64,000 bases of DNA from positions 62,001 through 126,000 of the forward strand of contig JABVCE010000019.1 in assembly GCA_014905635.1 (NCBI GenBank), in the 5' to 3' direction. Shown one piece after another: positions 52,682 to 62,200 of this stretch. The notes under the pieces are model-generated. The model saw nothing but the letters and a program-made list of their open reading frames with translations. It did not search any database and was not told the origin of the DNA. The position numbers and the translations under genes were made by a program. Within the stretch, counting starts at the first letter, position 1; the number at the start of each line of letters is the position of its first letter. The stretch comes from Scenedesmus sp. PABB004 (lineage: Eukaryota).

Positions 52682-55600
52682 CCACTGGCCCCGGGGGGCT
52701 CGGTCGCTTGGTGGTGGTGCCGTCGCCAAGCTGGCCACCGTCGGCGCCCCAGCACGCCGCCGTGCCGTTGGCCAGCGCCGCGCATTGTGATGGGCGCCAG
52801 CGGTGATGCTCGCCACGCCGGTCAGAGGCGCGCCGCCCAACATGACCGCCACGAGGCTGACCGGTTGTTTCTGGTGGTGCCGTCGCTCAGTTGGCCATTA
52901 TAGCTCGCGCCCCAGCACATCGCCGTGCCGTTGTTCAGCACCGCGCAGGTGAAAAAGGTGCCGGCAGTGACGCTTGCCACACCAGTCAGCGGCGCGCCGC
53001 CCTGTGTCAGCGTAACCATCACGGGGTTGCGGCGGGTGGTGGTGTTGCCGTCGCCCAACTGGCCCTCGTTGCCCCTTCCCCAGCACGCCGCCGTGCTGTT
53101 GGCCAGCCGCGCGCATGCGTGATAGGCGACTGTGGTGATGCTCGCCACGCCGGTCAGCGGCGCGCCGCCCGGCCAAGTGACGCACACGGGCACGGGGCTG
53201 TCTATGGCGTTGCCGTTGCCCAACTCGCCATAGGCGTTGTACCCAAAGCAGCGCACCGAGGTATCCGCCAGCAGCGCGCATGTGTAGGCGGCGCCGGCGG
53301 CGACAGCCGCGACCGCCGGCACAGTGGTGCAACAGGCGGCTGCGGCCTCCTCGGCGTTGAGCCCGGCAATAGTGGTGTTGGTGGCGTTGGCGCTCGCGAT
53401 CACGACCCCGCCTGCGCGGCATGGGGGCAGCAACACAGCCGGTGAGTGCCCGCCTGTCCGCTCCCACGAGTGGCGCATAAGCATGTGCCCACCAGCGCCG
53501 CTCAGCCCGCCTGGCCGCAAGGCGTGCTTGCAACGCTGCAGAGCACGCCGGCGCATGCCGCCCAGGGCGGCGCCCCCGCCCGCACACTACACTCACATGA
53601 CAGCGGTTGCGCGTCTGCCGTCAGGCTGCCGTCGCGGTCGGCGCACGTCGAGCCCTCGGGGTACGCCTGCGGCAAGGCAGACGTGGTGGGAGCGGTACCA
53701 GCAGCCGAGGCAGCGCCAGAGGCTGTCCTATTGCCGCCGGCACCGCACCGTGCAGCACACAGCCTCTGCCGCAGCAGGCGTGAGGCCGTCGATGCTGGCC
53801 TGCGCGTAGAGGGCGTTAGGGAATGGCTGGCTTGTGCCGGAGCAGTTGAACGGTGACGTCAACGCAATAATGGGCGTGGCCTTTTTTCCTGCCGTTGCAG
53901 ACGCGGCGGACGTGCTGCCGCACGTTGCGCTGGCGCCGTACGCCTGTACGCGGACAGCAGCAACAGGCAGGCAAAAGCGGTCACGCGCAGCGAGCACGCA
54001 GCGTGGCTGCGCGCCACGCCAGGCAGGCACCGCGCTCGCGCCGGCAGATTGCGGGCTGCTGCACCCGCGACGACCCCGCTCACCGTGCAGCACGTGGCCT
54101 GGGCTTGGCCGGGCGTCTGCCCAGCAATGCTGGTGTTGGTACCCGCGTTGGCCCAGCCCGTGCCCGCGCCTGCGTACGAGTAAAGCAAGGAGCGTGTGGG
54201 TGCAGTGGTCAGGGTCTGGCGGAGTAGAACAACAAAGCTCTATGTTGTTGCGCGTGCGGCGCCGCCCCGCCGCTGCGCTGCGCGGGCGGCCGGTGCCCCC
54301 CACTGCGCTGCACCACTCACAGTCGAGCACGTCCTGTCCGTCGCCCGCGCCGTCAATGTCGGTGCACGTCGCGTCAGCAGGGTGCGCCTGCGGTGGCGCG
54401 TGCGGCGGCGTGGTCAACTGCGCTGCACAAGCAGGGTCTAGGCGGCCTGAACCTGCAACAGTCAGCAAGCCCGGCTGCCAATGGCCCCGGATGCGAACGG
54501 GCGGCGCCTAGGAGCGTGCGCGCTGACATCTTGGGTGTGGCTTCGCACGGAAGCGGCGAGCGCCGAGCCCGCGGCAACTCACGCAGCACCGAGCAGCGGA
54601 GGGCTCAACGCCCGCCGGCAGGGCCACCGCAATCGACCGCAGCTGCAGCCCGTCAGGGCATGTGATCGCTGCGACGGGGTTGGCGCACGTGCTCTGCGGT
54701 GGTTGTGAGGAGCAGCGCGGTGGCGGCGGCGGTGGGCGGCTGCGTGGCGCAGCTCTGACCGACCGGCCGGGCCCCTGCGCCCATGCTGCACCGCGCGCGT
54801 GCCGTTGCGCAGCCCGCCCCGGCCCACTCACGCAACATGCGGCCTCGGAGCTCCCCACGGTGTTGCTGGGCCGGGGCACGCCGCTAGGGCAGTTGAAGTC
54901 TCCACAGGTCAGGACCAACGAGCCACCATCGCCGCCCGGCAAGGGCGCGGGGGTTGGCGCAGGGGTTGGCGGAGCGGTTGGCGCGGGGGCTGGCCCAGGG
55001 GTTGGCTCGGGAGTTGGCGCAGGGGTTGGCGGAGGGCTTGGCGCAGGGCTTGGCTCAGGGCTTGCCTCAGGGCTTGGCGCAGGGCTTGGCGTAGGGCCGG
55101 GGCTGGGGCTGGGGCTGCTGACAGTCTGCGTCGCGGGCGACGGGCTGGGGCTGGCTTGCGCGGGTGGCGCCTCATTGGTGGTGTTCACTGTGACACGAAG
55201 CGGGCAAGTGCGGCATGTCAGCAACACAGTTGGGCGCTCCACGCAGCAGCCCAGCAAGGGCGCTGCCACACCCCGCACCGGGGAGGCAGCCGACCAGCGA
55301 CGCCGCGCCAGGCAGGGCGCCCGTGCTCGTGCCAGGGGGGCACGCCAGGCAAGCCGTGGCGGTCGGGATGCTGCCGGTTGAGTAGGTGTCGGCGGCACAC
55401 CGCAGACACGCAGCGCCGCCGTAGCCGGGCGCGCAGGCTGCGAGCGTCGGCGGCGAGTGGAGAGGGAAGGGGGCGTCAGGCGGCGGCGGCGGCGTGGGGC
55501 GGCAGCGGCTCCGTCGCCGCCGCACCGGCGCTGCGCCGTGCTGCCCGCGCTCACCGTCACAGCTTGTGGAGCCAGGGCGCAGGCTGGTGAACGCGCCGCG

Positions 55601-55999
55601 GCAGAGCGTGCAGCGCGCACGCCCGGGCGTGGCGCTGAAGGTGGTGGCCGCGCACGGCCGGCAGCGCCCGGGCTCCTCGCGGTTGGGCACGAACCCCGCC
55701 TTGCAGCAGAGGCAGGTGCGGTTGCGGGTTGCGATGGTGCGGTCGTTGACGCAGACCTGGCAGCGCTGCGCGCAGCGCGTGGTGGCGTTGGAGCCGGCGC
55801 CCCGCCCCGTCGCGCCGCAGACGTCGGGCACGGCCGCGGCGGCGGGCTGGCCCTGGCGCAGCGCGCGCGTGGGCCCGCGGTGTGTGCCACCGTTGTCGGT
55901 GACGGCGATGTCCCGCGACGTCGCGGCGGCCGTCGCACACCACGGCTTGTCGCAGCGCGCGCGGACTTTGAGGGCGTGGAATTCAGTCGGAAGTAACAT
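52682..55999 (-). pseudogene. Copy B of the RCC1-propeller modular gene: signal peptide deleted, one Cys module, frameshifted and truncated propeller
   Basis: Near-identical to copy A, but lacks the segment equivalent to 52035-52423. It has 1-nt deletions near 52860 and 52785 and ends after about four blades. Confidence 0.85.
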
Positions 56000-56158
56000 T
56001 CCGGTCTTGGCTACGGTCTTGGCTAACGCTCGGAGTGTGACGATGAACCACCAAGCAACTCACACCCAGCCTGCGCATTGCTCAGAGCGCTTTGCCAGAA
56101 ATTGCAGAAACTCTATGCTTTGAAAAGATATCGTCCTCACCACCTGCACCACCGTCAC

Positions 56159-56217
<59 letters not shown>
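56159..56217. repeat. (CAT)n microsatellite
   Basis: About 19 perfect CAT units between the duplication end and the lectin-gene stop. Confidence 0.95.
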
Positions 56218-56282
56218 AGGGGCGGGACCTGCAAGCGGCGCAGGGTGTGAGCTGCCGGAAGCTAGCAACGGGGTCGTGCGAG

Positions 56283-59200
56283 TCAGCAACACCCACCTGG
56301 TGCCTTGTACGCCCAGCGCTGGGCGGGGTCGGTCTCGTTGCATGGCGCGGTAGACACATCGCCCACAAAGTTGCAGTACGCATTGGCCTCCGGACATGCG
56401 GTCACGCACCTGCCAGAGCTCACGCTGCGCAGCAGGCGCCCGCCAAAGCCATCTGTTGTGGAGTTCCAGGACCAGAGCTGGTTGCTGCCGTAGTGGCACG
56501 TCCACTGGATGACTGCGGTTGTGGATAGTCAGCAGCATGCTAAGGTTAGCACAAAACACACACAAAATGCTGCTATTGTTTACAGCAAACACAACCCTTT
56601 CCAATTCTGTCATACTCACTGTTGCCGTGGTCGCTGCCGCAGTCTGCGCTGTTGCATATGTCGACGCAGTTGGCGGTGTTTAAGGTCACCGTCTCAAGCG
56701 CAAACTGCCCGTTGCCTCGCTCGTTCGGGCGCCAAGCTGGCACGTTGGGAGTGTCGGCGGGGACTGAATATATATTCATCGTGGTCGTGGTAGACGAAAC
56801 CCAGCCCTGGCATGCACGTGCTGTTGTCCTGCATGTTTGCAGCACCTGCGACAGGGAGTGGTGTGAGCTGCACTGCTAGAGACCCGCCCAGTACCTTGGT
56901 GATGATGCTTGCAACCGACCCACCTTGTACGTGTCAGGGTTGAAGAAGCCTTCAAGAGACGAGGCTGCAGGCGTGCGTGGATGGGGCAGCAGTTAGAGAA
57001 GTGCGGCCAGTGCCCGGCACGAGCCCCCCCCCCCCAAGGCCCAACTTACGCAAGCAAGCCTTTGTGGCGCTATCCCACTGATATGGTGAGCTGCATTGGC
57101 ACGTGTAGCCGGTCCCAGGCGCTGCCACGTCGGCACAGGTACCATTGACAATCGTGTTGGGCGTGCTGTTGCATGGGTTGCCCACGCAGCCATCAATGTC
57201 TGCGAGCAGAGTGCCATGACGCCAGGGTGGGGCCCAGGGCAGCAGCACAGCAGCACAGAAGCACAGCAGAGAGCTGCTGTTAGGCTGCCAACTTGTTCAA
57301 GTGCTGGCGCATGCCCACCTGTGCATGCGTTGGCTGCAGCGTCATATACGCGACCCGAGGTGCAGCCACACACGTACCCGGTGCCCGGGGCAGGCACGTC
57401 TGTGCAGCTACCGTCCGAGTTGGCAACAGCGGCGCACGTGTTGTTCGCACATCCATTGACATCTGCGGGCAAATGGAAACGTGGCGTTAGACAAAACGAA
57501 ACAAGCAATCAACGCACCAGGTTTGCCACAAACGCTGAATCATTAAACCCAGCTACCAACCTTGGCACGATGTGGAGTTCCAAAAGAATCCAGATGAGCA
57601 CCTGCAAAGTTGGTACGTTTTGTTGGGTTAAGTGTTGTTAGTGGCTTCAATGGTTGAGAGAGCAGCACGCCATCCACCCCCTCCCCCAGGGCACACCCCG
57701 GGCACGGTGCACTCACTTGCACGTGTAGCCGGTGCCAGGCGCTGCAACGTCGACGCACGAGCCGTTCATGGCGTGTGGGACGGCGCCACATGGGTCGTTG
57801 CGGCACCCATCTGTGTCTGCAAGACAGGGAGAAAGAGGGAGAGGAGAGCCACAGACAGGCGCGTGAGCGGCAAGCAGACCGCAGCTGCCAGCCCGGCCGT
57901 AGCAGCACCACCAACCCACCTTTGCAGGTCCCGGTCGCAGCATCCCAAGCGTAGCCCGTCGAGCACCTACGCGGCACGCAGTATGGGTGGTGGGGTCAGC
58001 ACGCAACGAGCCACACATCCTTCTCCCCCCCCCCATCTGGACCGCTGTGCAGCCAAACAAGCCGCTGGCTGCCGCACAAAATGAGCGCGGCGCTCGCTCC
58101 GCCCACCCGCAGGTGAAGCCCACGCCGGGGGCGGGCACGTCCGCACAGGTCCCGTTCGAGTTGGCGACCGCCGAGCAGGCATTCCCAGCACAGCCATCCA
58201 CGTCTGCGCCACGGGAAGTGGCAGCGGCGGGTGGGCAGGCGGGCGGGCGGGAGGGTGCCAGACGCATAGAAAGCAGCGGCAACTCCACAGCCGCAGCAGC
58301 ACCACCCCAACCCACCTTTGCAGGTCCCAGACGCAGCGTCCCAAGCGTAGCCCGTCGAGCACCTGAGAGAGAGCGCATTGGAGGGGGGCCAGGGCGTCGG
58401 CGCTGGCAGCGCGCAACGACTCCCCTGCCCCCTGCCCCAGCGCGCGGACGAGCACAATGCTGACTGTCGTGCGAGCGCGCCGCTTACCCGCAGGTGAAGC
58501 CCGTGCCGGGGGCGGCCACGTCCGTGCACGTGCCATTGGCGTTCGTGATGTTGGCGCACGGCCCGCCCTTGCAGCCGTTGGTGTCTGCGAGCAGATCGTG
58601 TGGCGGTGAGATGAGCAACAGGCGGTGCGCAATCGGTGTGCCCCGCCCCCTCGTCAATGCCAACGCACCTACGCACTGCAGCGTGCCCGTGTTCCAAGAG
58701 TAGCCCGTGTCGCAGCCGCACGTGAAGCCCGTGCCGGGGGCGGCCACGTCCGTGCACGTGCCATTGGCGTTCGTGATGTTGGCGCACGGCCCGCCCTTGC
58801 AGCCGTTGGTGTCTGCGAGCAGATTGTGCGGCGGTGAGATGAGCAACAGGCGGTGCGCAATCGGTGTGCCCCGCCCCCTCGTCAATGCCAACGCACCTAC
58901 GCACTGCAGCGTGCCCGTGTTCCAAGAGTAGCCCGTGTCGCAGCCGCACGTGAAGCCAGTTCCTGGAGCCGGCACGTCCGTGCACGTGCCATTGGCGTTC
59001 GTGATGTTGGCGCACGGCCTGCCCTTGCAGCCGTTGGTGTCTGCGAGCAGATTGTGCGGCGGTGAGATGAGCAACAGGCGGTGCGCAATCGGTGTGCCCC
59101 GCCCCCTCGTCAATGCCAACGCACCTACGCACTGCAGCGTGCCCGTGTTCCAAGAGTAGCCCGTGTCGCAGCCGCACGTGAAGCCAGTTCCTGGAGCCGG

Positions 59201-62200
59201 CACGTCCGTGCAGACGCCGTTCGAGTTGCCCACTTTGCCTGCACCGCTGGCGTTGGTAATGTTGGAGCATGGGTTGCCCAGGCAGCCGTTTGTGTCTGCA
59301 ATGGGGAGCATTGGTTCGGGAATACTCAGGACTGGGCAGCCCTATCGCGCTCAGCGTCTGCCGCTCACGAGCTAGGCAACTTGCCACAACAACAACGTTC
59401 CCAGTAGCACAGTTCGCACGCACCCACCTTTGCACTTGAGGGCAGCTGCGTCCCAGCTGTAACCGGTGTCGCAGCCGCACACGTAGCCCGTGTTTGGCGG
59501 AAGCACATCAGAGCAGCGGCCGTTGGAGTTGGGCACACTCTTGCATGGCACGTTGGTGCAGCCGTTGGGATCTGCGGGCAGGCAGTCTAAGCAACGCCTT
59601 TTCGGCTCGCGGAAGCACGCAACACTGGAATGAGGCCACTCACCTACGCACTGCTGTGTCGGCTGGTTGAACTCATACCTGCGAGCGGGCGACCGTGTGA
59701 CGCAGACTGTCAGCTCGCAGTTCAATGCAGTTGATGCATTAAGGTTATTGCACACGTCAGACAAGAGAAGAGCTCACCCAGGCTTGCAGCGACACGTGTA
59801 CCCAGTGGCTGGGGCGCGCACGTCCGTGCAGCTTCCAATGACGGCGTTGGGGTCGGCATCACAGGGGTTGGACGCACAACCGTTGGTGTCGATGCATGTG
59901 CGCGACGCAGCGCTCCAGCTGAAGCCCGTGCTGCAGCCGCATATGTACTGCATGCCCGGCAGGCTGGAGCACACGCCAGTCGAGAAAGGCAAACCCTGGC
60001 ACGGGTTGGTGACGCACGCGCTTGTCGCTGTGCACACCTTGGTGGCCGCCGCCCAGCCGTAGCCTGGTTGGCGCAGCAAGAGGGGGCGCGCGTGCGTGAG
60101 CGGCGGCGTGAACGCTGCAGGCGCACGCATGTCACTGGTCACCTCGCAGCCCCCCAGCCCATCCGCTCACTGCCCACCTGGGTTGCACTCGCAGGTGAAT
60201 GCAGTGCCAGGCGCAGGCACGTCGTGACAGACACCATTAGCATTCGCGATGCGGGCGCACGGTTTGTTGGCACAGCCGTCCTCGTCTGTGTATTGGCAGC
60301 GAGCAAGGGCGAGGGGTGGTGAGCGGGGGCGGCGCGCAGCGTGTGGCGTGCAGTGTGCTGAGGCGAGTCCCGGCTGTCCTGCAACGCACCTTGGCACTTG
60401 CGCGTCATAGCGTTGAAAACAAAGCCGGGATTGCACGTGCACGTGTAGCCACTGTCGGGTGCCGGGACGTCCTTGCAGCTCGTGGCATTGGCGTAAGGGT
60501 CGGCCTTGCAAGGATTGCCGGCACAGCCGTCTGTGTCTGCGCAGGCGCAGCAAGCGGGCGAGCAAGTTGGGCGGGCGAGGGTTTTGTCAGACGCTGGCAA
60601 CGCTGCAGGGCGTGACGCTCGTTGTCACGCTGCAGCATGGCCATGCTTTACCTCGGCACGCGCCGGCGTTGGCAATCCACGTGTAGCCGGGGTTGCAGCC
60701 GCAGGTGTGCCCCGCATTGGGCAGGTCAGAGCAAAAGCCGTTGGAGTTGCTGACGTTGGCGCAGGGCTTGAGCACGCAGTCGCTTGTCGCTAGAGTTCAC
60801 AGCGCAGGCGGAGAGGGGGGCAGGAGCGTGTGTGTGAGCAGGGATTTGACGGGCACGCGGTCGTGTGCGCGGCGCGCGCACCAAACCCACCCGTGCACTG
60901 CTTTGTAGCGGCATCCCAAGGGGCGCGGGACCAATGGGCGCGAGCCTGTGGTGTAACTATCTTTATCTTTATCTTTTTTATCCCAACCAAAGCCGTTGGC
61001 GCAGTCACACATGAAGCCGCTGCCAGGCGCAGCGACGTCGTGGCAGGTGCCGTTGGAGTTGGCCACGTTGGCACAGGGATTGCCGCCGCCCGCGGTGGCG
61101 CAATCATCCTTCTCTGCGGGGCAGTGCGAGCGCCCGAGGCGGCAGCATGAGCTCCGGCCCTGGGCCGCCAGCGGGCGCCGTCCAGCGGAGGCCGCTGGGG
61201 CACGCACTCACCGATGCACTTGCGCTGCGACGCGCTCCACGTCAGGCCGCGCGTGCAGCCGCAGCTGAAGCCGCCGCCCGCGGTGTTGGAGCACGCGCCG
61301 TCCGACCCGACGACAGCAGCGCAGGGGTTGTTGACTGGGTCGCACGTGTTGTTGTTTGCTGCGACGGCGAGCGGGCAGGGCCGGAGTGTCGACAGAAGAT
61401 GGCGCACAAGGGGCACAGAGGCACACAGACGCACACCCCGTCACTCACCCGGGCTCGGGCTCGGGCTGGGCCTGGGGACAGGGCTCGGGCTCGAGGGGCT
61501 CGGGCTCGATGGGCTCGGGCTCGATGGGCTCGGGCTCGAGGGGCTCGGGCTCGAAGGGCTCGGGCTCGGGCTGGGCTTCTGTGCCGGGGTGGTGCACGTG
61601 GACGTGGCCGGGTTGCAGGAGAAGCTCGCGCAGTCGCCATCCGAGTTGCACGACTTGTTCTCGCCGCAGAGGGCGCACGAGCTGCCGCCGCAGTCCACGC
61701 CGCTCTCGTCGCCGTTCTTGACACCGTCGGTGCAGGTCGGCTCCTGCAGTGGGCAGCCGGCATCATGCCGATGGTCGGCATCAGCTTGCTGCTAATCTGA
61801 GCGGTTTTGCCGAGCGAGCGCGGGCAGGCACAATCACGCACCTTTGTCGCGCACACGCCGCCGACACAGTTGGTGGACGCGCAGTCAGACGAGGTGGTGC
61901 ACTTGCTGCCGGCTGGGCATGCAGGACAGGTGCCACCGCAGGTGGTGTTTGAGCAGGACGGCGCCTGCGCGTTTCAGGCAGGTGGCGGAGGCACAGCGAG
62001 GGGGGGGGGGGGGTGAGCATTGCTGGGTGGCGCGCACGACACATGGCGCCACGCGCTGCGCATGCTCACCACCGTCGAGCACACGCTGTTCACACAGTTG
62101 CCAGACGAGCAGTCGCGGTCGAGTGTGCACGGCTGCTGGAGCGGGCAGGGGCGGCAGCTGACGCCGCCGCAGTCCGTGCCTGCGATCAGGCAGCGGCCAA

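Larger units (their letters stand above)
47370..56042. repeat. Direct segmental duplication (about 47370-52518 vs 52682-56042)
   Basis: Shared exons, introns and upstream flank ending ...GCTAACGCTCGGAGTGTGACG at 52518 and at 56042. Confidence 0.92.

Noticed and set aside
58490..59210. Regularly spaced repeats suggestive of a CRISPR-like array
   Set aside because: Whole units, including the apparent spacers, are near-identical exon+intron duplications; there are no cas genes and the context is eukaryotic.
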